A stretch of 64,000 nucleotides of DNA, taken from Heteronotia binoei. Its lineage: Eukaryota. This document shows, in pieces, positions 48,424 through 59,287 of this stretch. The translations under genes were made by a program, and so were the position numbers. Within the stretch, counting starts at the first letter, position 1. Every line of letters begins with the position of its first letter. Below the pieces are notes generated by a model, which worked only from the letters and a program-made list of their open reading frames with translations, was not told the DNA's origin and did no database searches. The stretch is taken from the NCBI RefSeq assembly GCF_032191835.1, contig NC_083237.1, positions 35,650,001 to 35,714,000 of the forward strand, written 5' to 3'.

Positions 48424-51300
48424 CGGTGATTCACCAGGCCCGGACTAGCGGGCGGGGGGGAGGGGTGGCCTTTTTCATGCGGGAGGATTGCTCCTTCAGG
48501 AGGCTTCCGCCGCCAGAGATCAAGGGCGTGGAGTGTGTGGGCCTGGAGTGGGACGTTGGGGAGAGTCTGGCAATCTGGCTGGTGTACCGTCCGCCTAACG
48601 CACCAGCCAGTGCCCTGCCGTCCTTGATGGAGGCTGTAACAGGCTGGGCATTGGAGCATCCTCGACTTATAGTCCTGAGTGACTTCAATGTCCATGCCGA
48701 GGACGCAGCTTCCACTCGTGCGACGGACCTAGTGCTTTCCATGGCAGCACTGGGACTTTCCCAATATGTAACAGCGCCCACACACCAGGCTGGGCACACA
48801 CTAGACCTGATCTTCGCGGCGGGAGTAACAATGGGTCAGATATCTGCTGAGGCAGTGCCATGGTCTGACCACCAGGTCCTGAAGGCCCGTGTGGACATAC
48901 CACCTCTGTCCCGTTTAGGCGGTGAGCAGATTTTGGCTCGCCCGCGTAGTCAGATGGACCCATTGCGGCTTCAGATGGCTATGCGGGACCCTTGGCCTAC
49001 CGGCGACTCGTTGGATGGACTGGTGGAGACCTGGAACAACCGGCTCTCCGAGGCCATTGACGAAATCGCCCCCAGACGTCCTCTTCATCCTCGATCACGA
49101 TCCGCCCCGTGGTATACCCCGGAGCTGCGATCGATGAAACGACGATTAAGACGACTAGAGAGACAATGGCATCGCGCTTGTGACGAAGCTACGAGAACAT
49201 CATATAGGTCATTTATGAGGGCCTATGAGATGGCTATTCGGACTGCAAAGAAGGAACACTTTGCATCCAGAATCGCATCTGCGACCTCGCGCCCAGCACA
49301 ATTGTTTAGTATAATTCGGTCATTAACAGAATTGCCACAGGGCAAACAAAATAGTAGAGAATTGGAAATAGGCTGTGAGGCTTTTGCGAGCTATTTCTCA
49401 GATAAGGTCTCGTCACTCTGACACGACCTACCCGCCATAATTAATACAGTAGATGAACTTGGGGCACCGAGCACGTCTTCTGGTTCAATTCTGGATTCCT
49501 TCAGTCCACTCAGTCTGGAGGAAGTCGACAGGACCCTTGCAGCTGTACGCCCTACGACCTGTAGGTTAGATCCGTGCCCGTCTTGGCTTATAAAGGCTAG
49601 CCAAACGTGGCTACGTGAACCACTACAGGACATCATCAATAGGTCCCTGATTGAAGGGATCTTTCCCACACCTCTTAAAGAGGCAGTGGTCCGTCCCCTC
49701 TTAAAAAAACCATCAGCAGACCCGGCCACATTGGCGAACTATCGGCCGGTGTCAAACCTTCCCTTCCTGGGTAAGGTCATAGAGCGGGCGGTGGCGACTC
49801 AGCTGCAGGGATTCCTGGAGGACACTTCCGCACTGGATCCATTCCAGTCCGGCTTTCGGCCAGGTCACGGGACGGAGACAGTTCTGGTCGCCCTCATGGA
49901 TGATCTTATGTGACATCTGGATCAGGGCGGCTCTGCAGTGCTGCTGTTATTAGAACTGTCAGCCGCTTTTGACACGGTTGACCACCAGCTACTGACTGAC
50001 CGCCTCACCGATGTGGGGATACAGGGATCTGCCTTGCAGTGGCTGACTTCCTTTCTCCAAGATCGGGGACAAAGGGTGGTGATAGGGGAGGAAGCATCCC
50101 AGAGGCACTCCCTTAGTTGCGGGGTGCCGCAGGGAGCGGTCCTATCCCCGATGTTATTTAATATCTATATGCGCCCCCTTGCCCAGATTGTCAGGAGGTA
50201 TGGACTGGGTTGCCATCAATATGCGGATGACACCCAGCTCTACCTAATGATGGGTGGCCAGTCTGACTGTACCCTGGAAAATCTAGACCTGGCATTACAA
50301 GCCGTGGCCTCCTGGCTCAGACTGAGTCGGCTGAAATTGAATCCGACGAAGACGGAGGTTCTCTACCTGGGTCGGGGCGGTCCGGGGAGAGAGATCCAGC
50401 TGCCGGCCCTTGACGAGGTGCCACTAATACCGGTCCCCAAGGTCAAGAGCTTAGGCGTGCTCCTTGAGTCCTCCCTTACAATGGAGGCTCAGGTGGCAGC
50501 CACTGTTAGATCTGCCTTTTTCCATCTTCGGCAAGCACGGCAGCTGGCCCCTTACCTGGACCGCAGCGACCTAGCGACGGTAATCCATGCTACGGTCACC
50601 TCAAGAATAGATCACTGTAATGCTCTCTACATGGGGCTACCCCTGACGCTAACCCGGAGACTACAACTAGTGCAGAACGCTGTGGCACGGCTGTTAATGG
50701 GGCTACCACGACGGGAGCACATTCAGCCAGTGCTGAGAGAGCTGCACTGGTTGCCTGTTGTGTTCCGAGTTCGCTTCAAGGTGTTGGTATTAACCTTTAA
50801 AGCCCTTTATGGTCAGGGACCTGCCTATCTACGGGACCGCCTTTCCCCATATATCCCCCAGAGAGCACTGCGATCAAAGACAAAAAATCTGCTGTCTGCC
50901 CCTGGCCCAAAAGAAGCCAGGCTATGCGCAACAAGATCTAGGGCCTTCTCGGTGGCAGCACCAGAACTCTGGAACACCCTCCCAGAAGCTATAAGGGCCC
51001 TGCGGGATCTGTCGGCGTTCCGCAGGGCCTGTAAGACCGAACTGTTTAGACAGGCATTTCTGGTTGACTGAAAATGGGCTGCCACCGGACATCCTACAGA
51101 AGCTGGTGGTCATAGTCAGAACCCAATACCGCCAGACTGGATCGAGATAGCGTAATAGTTTTAAACTGATAAATGTATTATGGTTTTATATGTTTTATGG
51201 AATTGATTGTTTTTATGATACTGTAAGCCGCCCTGAGTCCGCTTGCGGAGAGGGCGGGATATAAATGCAAAGTAATAAATAAATAAATAAATAAATAAAC
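48424..51300 (+). mobile_element. 5'-truncated L2-clade LINE (APE endonuclease plus RT) in ZNF628 intron 1
   Basis: One reading frame over 48424-51071 with only two in-frame TGA stops (49419, 49911). EN motifs GRGGGV, LVYRPP, SDFN, THQAGHTLDL; RT motifs LSAAFDT, GVPQGAVLSP, YADD; L2-type C-terminus HWLP...RAFSVAAPELWNTLP. 3' stem-loop CCGCCCTGAGTCCGCTTGCGGAGAGGGCGG and (TAAA)n tail. Confidence 0.95.
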
Positions 51301-51408
51301 AAATGAGGCCTTCCATCTTGTCTGCTGAACAAACTGTGTAAGGACAAAACTGGTAGAATTCATTGACTATCACGCTCTCTCTGTCTTCAGCAGGTGAAGT
51401 CTGTTGCC

Positions 51409-54400
51409 ATGGTGGGAGCCCAGCAGCTAGAGATGCAGGCAGCAGCAGTGCCGGTTGTGGCCCCAGCCGGGGGCGGTGCTGGCGGGAGCAGCAGTGACCA
51501 CCAGTACGAATGTCTGGAATGCGGCAAGGTGTTCAAGTGGTCTTCGCGCCTCATCCACCACCAGAGGACTCATACGGGCGAGCGCCCTTATAAGTGCTCC
51601 GAGTGCCCCAAGGCCTTCAAGGGGTCATCAGCATTACTATATCACCAGCGTGGACACACAGGCGAGCGACCTTACAAGTGTGATGAATGCGGCAAAGCAT
51701 TCAAACGTTCCTCCTTGCTTCAGATCCACCAGAGCGTGCACACTGGCTTGCGTGCTTTCAAGTGTGCTCAGTGCGGCCTGGCCTTTAAGTGGTCTTCCCA
51801 TTACCAGTACCACCTGCGCCAACACACAGGGGAGCGCCCCTACCCCTGCCCAGCATGCGACAAGGCCTTTAAGAACTCCTCCAGCCTACGGCGGCACCGC
51901 CATACCCATACAGGGGAGCGCCCTTATGTCTGCCCCATCTGTGGCAAAGCCTTCACCCAATCCACCAACTTGCGGCAGCACCAACGTGTGCACACCGGCG
52001 AGAGGCCATATCGATGCCAAGACTGTGGGAAGGCCTTTACCCACTCTTCTAATCTGGCGCTACACTGCCGATCGGCACACGCTGCCCGCCCTGCCCATAC
52101 CTGTGTGATCTGTGGCAAAGCTTTTGCCTCGGATGCTTTTCTGCAGCGGCACCTGGAGACTCACGCAGATGTTGCCCCTCCAGCACAGCTATTCCTAGAG
52201 GAATCGACAGCCACTGTAGAGATGCTGTTTCGGTGTAGCGTTTGTCACCTCACTTTTCCCCTCCAAGAGCAGTTGCTGACCCACCAGGAAGTGCACCTGG
52301 CCCCACCAGAGCCACCTCCGCTGCCACCACCACCTGTGCAGGAGGAGGCAGCAACCTCTGCATCCCCTGTGCCCTCATTAACTTGCTCAGCCTGCAGCAA
52401 GACTTTCAAGAGTGCAGCGGGCTTAGCACGGCACCAGCAGAGCCAGCACTCTTCAGATCGCACCTATACCTGTGCAGTGTGCGAACGCTCTTTCCCGGCA
52501 CTGGCCAGCCTGTTGGGCCACCAGCGTTCCCACCCCCCAGCAGAGCAGCGGCTGGAAGAGGCTGAGGTGACGTGCCCAGCACAGGCCGAGCCGGTACCTG
52601 CTGCCACAGTGACTACGCCCCCACCCCCGGAGCGACCCTATGTTTGCAGGGAATGTGGAAAGGCATTCAAGGGCTCCTCCGGGCTGCGTTATCACCTGCG
52701 TGACCACACAGGGGAACGTCCGTATGCCTGCGGGGAGTGCGGGAAGGCCTTCAAGCGCTCTTCCTTGCTGCGCATCCACCAACGGGTTCACACAGGGCTG
52801 CGTGCCTTCACCTGCCCCACTTGTGGTCTGGCATTCAAGTGGGCCTCTCACTACCAGTACCATTTACGGCAGCACACGGGGGAACGCCCGTACGCCTGCC
52901 AGGACTGCGGGAAAGCCTTTAAGAACACCTCGTGCCTCCGCCGGCACCAGCAGCTGCATACCGGGGAGCGTCCCTTTGCCTGCCAGACTTGCGGCAAGGC
53001 CTTCACCCAGACATCCAACCTCCGGCAGCACCAGCGAGTGCACACTGGTGAAAGACCCTATTGTTGCCGGGACTGCGGTAAGGCCTTCACCCACTCCTCC
53101 AACCTGGCCTTGCACCGGCGGACCCATTCGCGGGAGCGTCCCTTCCAGTGTCCGGTGTGCGCCAAGGCCTTCGTCATGGCCTCGTACTTGCAGCGCCACT
53201 TGCGTACCCACAGCAGCGGTGAGACGCCCAGCCGTCCAGCTGCTCCCTCACCTGCTGCCACTCAGGAGGTGCAAATCTTGCCCAACCTTCAGGCCACTCT
53301 GAACGTGGAGTTGAGCAGCAGCCCGGCCCCACCCAGCCCTTCTAACGCGCAGACATTTCTGCTGGTGCAGACGGCACAGGGCTTGCAGCTCATCCCCAGC
53401 GTGCAGCAGCCGCCCCCCCAAAGTTCGCCCCCCAAACTCATTCTGCTGCCCAGCCCCCAAGTGATGCCCACAGCACCTGCTGCTCCAGCCAGCTTTACCC
53501 TGTTGCCAAGCACTCCCATCGCCCCAAGCAAGCCTACCCCACTCCGGCAAGGCAAGAACAAGAAGCCTGTTCCACTACCGCCACCCCCGCCCTCACCAGT
53601 GTCTGGCAACCAGAGCATCATTTTGATGCCAAGCTCTGCTGGGCCCAGTATGCAGCCTCTCTCTAACATGCAGATCCAGAGGACTTTGGGGTTGCCGGCT
53701 GGTGGACAGAACGTTATTGTCCTCCAGAGTTTGCCTGAACCTCAGACGGGTATGGTGCAGATCCAAGCTGTGCCAGCTGTTGCGCCAGTGACAGGAACCC
53801 TCCAAATTCAAGCCCTGCAGCAGTCTCAGCAGCTCCAGAGCCTGCCTGCTGCCCAGCAAGGTGGCACTCTGCAAATCCAGGCCCTGCCTACCTCCCAGCA
53901 GATGAGTACGATCCAGATCCAAGCCCTCCCGCATTCTCAACAGACTGGCATCGTGCAGATCCAAAGCCTGCCGCTCCCCCAGAACACTGTCCAGATCCAA
54001 AGTCTGCCCACTTCTCGGTCAACGGGCGCTGTACAGATCCAGAACCTGTCCAGCTGCCCAGCGACAGGGACGATGCAGTTCCGGACACTTCAGCCTTCCC
54101 AGAAGGTGAACACTGTGCAACTTCAGGCTGTCTCTTCATCCCAACAGGTGGGGACCCTGCAGATCCAAACCCTTAAGCCTTCCAAGCAAATGGGCCCCCT
54201 TCAGCTGCAGGCCTTGCCGTCGCCTCAGCAGACCGGTCCCCTGCAGATCCAAAACCTGTCCCCCTCAAACCAGTCTTTGACTGGTGTTGAAATCCAGGGG
54301 CTCTCTCCTTCCCAGCAGCTGGATGGCACCATTCAGATCCAGGGCTTGATGTCTTCTCAGGAAGAGCAGCAACTCCAGCCTTCTGAGGAGATCGCAGGCA

Positions 54401-55005
54401 TCCAGCTTCATACCCTGGACCCACCTCAGGAAATGAGTGAGGTGGAATCCGCTTTGTCCAGCTCCCATGAGCTCTCTGGGGTAGATCTCCAGCAGGGATC
54501 CAGTGCAGAGGAGGAAAGCCAGAACTTGATTGTGGTGCAGAATTCTCCTGGAGATGAACTGCTGGGGCCTGGTAGTGAGGTGGAGAGCCTGGAGGGGGTG
54601 CAGGATGTGCACTTTGAGACGCTGCAAACCGAGGAGGGGGTGCAGAATGTGTTGGTGCTGAGGAGCGCAGGTGGGGAGCAGACCCGCCTATGTGTGCAGG
54701 AGGTGGAGAATATTCAGACAGTGCAAGAGCTCCCTGGCCTCCAGCTGCAGGGTCCTGAGGGCGGCTCCGGGACTGGGCAGAACCTGCTGATCATCCGCAG
54801 TGCTCAGGGGGAACAGACTCTCCAAGTGCTGGAGAGTGTGCCGACGCTGCAGGTGAACAGCCCAGAGAGCGCTCAACCAGCCAGCGACGGCGGCAGCACC
54901 TCTCAGATGGTGCAGCTTTTGCAAAGTCCAGTGGCTTCACAGGGCCTGCCCTCCATCCAGATTGTACAGACGGTACCAAACATGCAGCTGGTCCACACCT
55001 TCTGA
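51409..55005 (+). CDS. ZNF628: Zinc finger protein 628 (18 C2H2 fingers, Pro-rich and Gln-rich C-terminus), 1198 aa
   Basis: Acceptor ctctctgtcttcagcag| at 51393 and Kozak GCCATGG at 51409. Fingers KWSSRLIHHQRTH, KGSSALLYHQRGH, KWSSHYQYHLRQH and the terminus QGLPSIQIVQTVPNMQLVHTF match recalled ZNF628. It is adjacent to NAT14, as in human. Confidence 0.95.
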   Translation: MVGAQQLEMQAAAVPVVAPAGGGAGGSSSDHQYECLECGKVFKWSSRLIHHQRTHTGERPYKCSECPKAFKGSSALLYHQRGHTGERPYKCDECGKAFKRSSLLQIHQSVHTGLRAFKCAQCGLAFKWSSHYQYHLRQHTGERPYPCPACDKAFKNSSSLRRHRHTHTGERPYVCPICGKAFTQSTNLRQHQRVHTGERPYRCQDCGKAFTHSSNLALHCRSAHAARPAHTCVICGKAFASDAFLQRHLETHADVAPPAQLFLEESTATVEMLFRCSVCHLTFPLQEQLLTHQEVHLAPPEPPPLPPPPVQEEAATSASPVPSLTCSACSKTFKSAAGLARHQQSQHSSDRTYTCAVCERSFPALASLLGHQRSHPPAEQRLEEAEVTCPAQAEPVPAATVTTPPPPERPYVCRECGKAFKGSSGLRYHLRDHTGERPYACGECGKAFKRSSLLRIHQRVHTGLRAFTCPTCGLAFKWASHYQYHLRQHTGERPYACQDCGKAFKNTSCLRRHQQLHTGERPFACQTCGKAFTQTSNLRQHQRVHTGERPYCCRDCGKAFTHSSNLALHRRTHSRERPFQCPVCAKAFVMASYLQRHLRTHSSGETPSRPAAPSPAATQEVQILPNLQATLNVELSSSPAPPSPSNAQTFLLVQTAQGLQLIPSVQQPPPQSSPPKLILLPSPQVMPTAPAAPASFTLLPSTPIAPSKPTPLRQGKNKKPVPLPPPPPSPVSGNQSIILMPSSAGPSMQPLSNMQIQRTLGLPAGGQNVIVLQSLPEPQTGMVQIQAVPAVAPVTGTLQIQALQQSQQLQSLPAAQQGGTLQIQALPTSQQMSTIQIQALPHSQQTGIVQIQSLPLPQNTVQIQSLPTSRSTGAVQIQNLSSCPATGTMQFRTLQPSQKVNTVQLQAVSSSQQVGTLQIQTLKPSKQMGPLQLQALPSPQQTGPLQIQNLSPSNQSLTGVEIQGLSPSQQLDGTIQIQGLMSSQEEQQLQPSEEIAGIQLHTLDPPQEMSEVESALSSSHELSGVDLQQGSSAEEESQNLIVVQNSPGDELLGPGSEVESLEGVQDVHFETLQTEEGVQNVLVLRSAGGEQTRLCVQEVENIQTVQELPGLQLQGPEGGSGTGQNLLIIRSAQGEQTLQVLESVPTLQVNSPESAQPASDGGSTSQMVQLLQSPVASQGLPSIQIVQTVPNMQLVHTF

Positions 55006-57489
55006 AAGTGGCCATCCCCACAACAGAGTGAGGATGCTGACTGAGACCCAGGGCTGCAGTTATTTGCACTGGGAACACAGATGTGCTACGGGCCCCCCCA
55101 CACAGTGGGTTCAGGTGGAGACTTGCCGATTGTTGCTGTAGTTGCCAGATAGGATGACTCTAGTCTGGGTGACTTCAAGACTTCTGGGTGGCATTGTCAC
55201 TTATATGCGTGGGATTGGGTGTCCCATAACAAGGTGTGACAGGAAACCTGGGCTCGCAGGTCCAAAGCACACCCTTGGCTCTCCCCACCCCCTCCTGCTC
55301 ACATGTAGGCTGCTGCTGCTGCTTTTGACCCTGCAGCCACAGTGACCACTCCACCATCTTCATGAGCACTTGTATGTCCTTGCATGAGAAGAAAGGCTAG
55401 CTAGCCTAGTCCTTTGTTCTTTCATAGATTCATGCCTGTTCTCCTCTGTGCTTGAATTATTTTGTTCTAGCAAGAACCAAAAGTTTGCACTGTGATGGTT
55501 AAAAGAAAATTAAACTCTGTGGCAGCCAGGACTCCTGGGTTTTCTCCCCCGCCTCAGACAGGGAGTCTGATGGATGGGTAGCTGTTGGATGCACAACTTC
55601 TCTCCCTTCCAAATTATAGCTTTGGATCAGGGTCTCCATGGCACAGTGTGGACTCTGCTTTGTGTAACAGAAAAATCAGGGAAGTTCAGATTTTCAGGTC
55701 TTCCTTTGGTTTTCAACACTATGGGGTGGGAATGCTGTTGGAAGCCAACTTGTGACTGGTCATAGATTGCATCTCTCAGCCTCACATCTCTCAGCCTGTT
55801 TTTTCTTCTGGTCAGACCCTTCCAGTCTCCTGTTCCTCAGAACCACATTTCTTCCAGAGTGTACCCCCAATTCCTGGTGCTAACACACGCGCAGGAGTCA
55901 TAGACTCTTTCAGCTAGAAAGAAAATAAAAACTGCTTTGAAGAACCTTTGCCTCCTTTCTTCCAACTCCTGTGTTTTAGTATATTTGCATAAGCTGGACT
56001 CACACTGAAAGTGTCCTTTACTGTAGAAACTGGCCAAACTGAGGAAAGAATGCAAGAACATTCTTTGGTGTGGTTTTTTGGGTTTTGTTTTTGTTTGTAA
56101 AATAACATGGGATATCTGATTCTTTTGGGGTGGAAGTCATCAAAAGCTTTAAAAGGACAAGAGAAAAGAGACTGACCTAGTGGAGGGAGTAGGTCTTTTT
56201 AAAAGCAGCTTCAAACATCTTAGCAAAAAACATGTTAGTGATGCGTTAGATATAGAATATTCTTAGCACTTCAAAGAGCTCAAGTCTGCTTGGAAGGTTA
56301 AGCCTGCTTGAAATTAACCCACATCCGTCTCAGAAGAACTTTAGGACACTTTATACTTGCGTATGTATTTATGTGCTGTCAAGTTGCAACTGGCTTATGG
56401 TGACCACAGCAAAGAGCTTTCAAGGCAAGTGAGAAGCAGCAGTGGTTTGCCATTGCCTTCCTTTGTAGAGTCTTCCTTAGTGGTCCCTTCTCCAAGTACT
56501 GAACCCTGCTTATCTTCCAAAATTTGATGAGATTGGGCTATAGCATATGACCACGTTCCATCTATTTATTTATTTACTTACATTATTTATAGTCTGCCTT
56601 CTCACAGGGACTCAAGATGGATTACATATAGTGATTCAATACAGTCCATAAAATGGGACATTCAGTAACCAATGCACCTTGGAACATGGCTATATAAAAC
56701 AGTCATCAAAATGGGACTGAATTGCATTGAATTTTTTAAGGAAGTTAATTCCTAGTCAACAAAAGAATGCCCCTACAGAACAACACTTCCAAGATGCTCA
56801 GGTCTCTGGAGGAAGGGAAGTTGAAAGTCCTGCCTGATGAGTCGATTTGACTTCCCAAACGTTTCTTGAGAGCCCCTTGTAAATCAAAAGCTTTCCAGAG
56901 TTCTCCAGAGCAAGCCACTCCCAAGTGTGACCATGGGCAAGGCTTGTAAACTACATGGAAATAAAGACCAAAATGTTAAGTTTTTAAAGAGATGGGTCGG
57001 GATTTTGCCTTTTATTATGACTTCACACGTTCCAAGGCCAAACACTCATAATAAGGTTATGCTGTGCTCTGACTCATGCACTGTGAATATCCCTTTAATT
57101 TACATTTCCCCCCCCCACCTCCGCCCTAAATTTGGCACATAACCCAGTAATTCAGCCTCACTGTAAACCGCCCCCCCCCCCCTAAAATATATATATATCT
57201 TTTTTTAGGACTGAGAATGGGAACTTAAACTGGGTTTACCAGCTGCCATACCCCATGAGTTAACATAGTGATTTTTTTTTTAAATATTGTTTGCTTATTT
57301 CTGTGATTCTAGACCAGTGATTCTAACTGGGGACATAGGATCCCCAGAGGACAATTTGCAAATCATGTTGGTGGGGTAAAAACTTTTGGGGTAAATCGAC
57401 ATTTGGGATTTTATAAAGCCCTTTTTACCCACTTAGAATTACTCTTCACAGCCAGCTTATACTGCACATAAAGATCGAATCCAAGGAAA

Positions 57490-57775
57490 AAGGAAAGGTC
57501 CCCTGTGCAAGCACCAGTTGTTTCCGACTCTGGGGTGACGCTGCTTTCACAATGTTTTCACGGCAGAATTTTTACGGGGTGATTTGCCACTGCCTTCCCC
57601 AGTCATCTATGCTCCCCCCCCCCCAGCAAGGTGGGTACTCATTTTAGCGACCTCAGAAGGATGGAAGGCTGAGTCAACCTCGAGCCAGCTACCTGAAAAC
57701 CCAGCTTCCACAGGATTGAACTCAGGTCGTGAGTAGAGCTTAGGACTGAAGTACTGCAGCTTCTGGGCCACTGGG
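57490..57775 (-). mobile_element. Sauria-type SINE (copy)
   Basis: High similarity to 43195-43478. Confidence 0.75.
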
Positions 57776-58999
57776 CTCTTAAGATCCCAAGGTCCCCTGC
57801 AAAAAAAAAAAAAGACATGCCACCTCTCTGGTTGGGACAAAACGCAACACAAAACACTCCATCTCTGAGACCAAGTTATACGTGATGAACTTCCAAAAGA
57901 AAACATCAGAAGGGATATGGTAATAGAAAGACATTGGAGAAAAAAATATCTTTGAAAAGTACTACTGGCTCAAAAATTGCCTATATAAATGAAGCTAACT
58001 TGCTTGGAGTTCTGTTTTTAATTGCCTGGGTTTTGATTTATGCCTTGGAAGCATGTGATAATATTTGCTATTTAGTGGGCAAGATGAAGACCACAGTTCA
58101 GAACTACAACATATTTGCTCAGGAGTGCAGCCTTTTTGGTCAAGATGTAGAATCCTGAGTCTAGCATTGAGACAAACTAATGGAGCCTGCAGAGTTTTGG
58201 TTGGTCTTGAGGTGGAGGAGGCTTAGTAGATTGTTAGGTTCCCCCACCCCTGGATAGGGGGTGTGTGTGTGCAAGAAAATCCAAATTGGGAAACTGCAGA
58301 TTTGAGGATGGAGTCCTCAATGCCACAGAATCAACCATTCATTTTGGAAATGAGTTGTATTTCTAGGGGATCCCCAGGTACCACCTGGAGGCTAGCATCA
58401 CTGAATTTTAGTTTAGTGAGTTTTGGAGTGTCCTGGGAGAGTGTTAGTGCAAAAGGTCATTCACCTGAGATACATTTTTTAAAAAGCTCATTTGAATTCC
58501 CAGCAGATAACCTGAAAGCAAGGAACAAACAAGCAAAATGTCAGGATCCCACCCCCAGCTGATTGCCAGCTGTCAGTGTCCTCTTGTGTAATGAGTTGGA
58601 TGCACTCCAATGGTTTACCGTCCTAAAAGATAGCATTACAAGGTCCTCCCTGGCTACTGGTGGGAAGGATTAAGGTTGCGAGATCCAAGTTGGGAAATGT
58701 GGGACTTTGGAAATGGAGCTTGGAGGGGATACAAAGCCATAGAGTCTGCCACTCACCAAAGCATAAATTTTCTCCAGGGGAAATGATCTCTGTAGTCTGG
58801 AGATGAGCTGTAACCCCAGAGGATCCCCAGGTCCCACCTGGAGGCTGGCATCCCTAGCAGCCTGAAGCAAGTCCCAGCATTGCACTTCATTTTTTAAGAT
58901 GGCTGGAATAGTTACACCTATAGAAAGATGATTACCGATTCCTCCCTGAAGAGCTACCCCCGCGTCCTGATAAAAACTTTAAAAAATTAAGTAAATTGG

Positions 59000-59287
59000 G
59001 TTTTGTTTGTTGGACAACTATTACAGACCAAGCTTCTGAGCGGTTCGAGCGGCCTCCTTTGTCTCCCGTAGCAACTGTTGCTAAGGGCTGCGTAGTTGAG
59101 GGACCGAGAGGGGGAGAGATAGCGCGTGCGCATTGGGATAAAGCTGCTGGAAGGGAGCAGGGTCTTTACAAGAGGCCTTGGGGGGCGAAGCCATTTTTTT
59201 CCTAGTAGGGGTAGGGTGTGTAAGACTTATTGGGATATTCCATGTTCGCCTACCCGGGAGTGAAAGCTGCTATATTCAACAGTACGG
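59000..59287 (+). promoter_or_regulatory. CpG-rich promoter and probable non-coding exon 1 of NAT14
   Basis: Local CpG enrichment, NRF1-like GCGCGTGCGCA (59122), RFX-like half sites at 59061-59083, donor ACGG|gtgagt after 59287, and a matching acceptor at 61187. Confidence 0.55.

Noticed and set aside
48338-51309. Possible L2 TSD ATGAGGC (48338 and 51303)
   Set aside because: The left copy is about 80 bp from the L2 start and a 7-mer can match by chance; the empty site is needed.
51455-55078. Many overlapping alternative-frame and antisense ORFs over ZNF628 (also over the ZNF at 7930-8875 and over the L2)
   Set aside because: Expected shadows of GC-rich coding sequence; no independent motifs.
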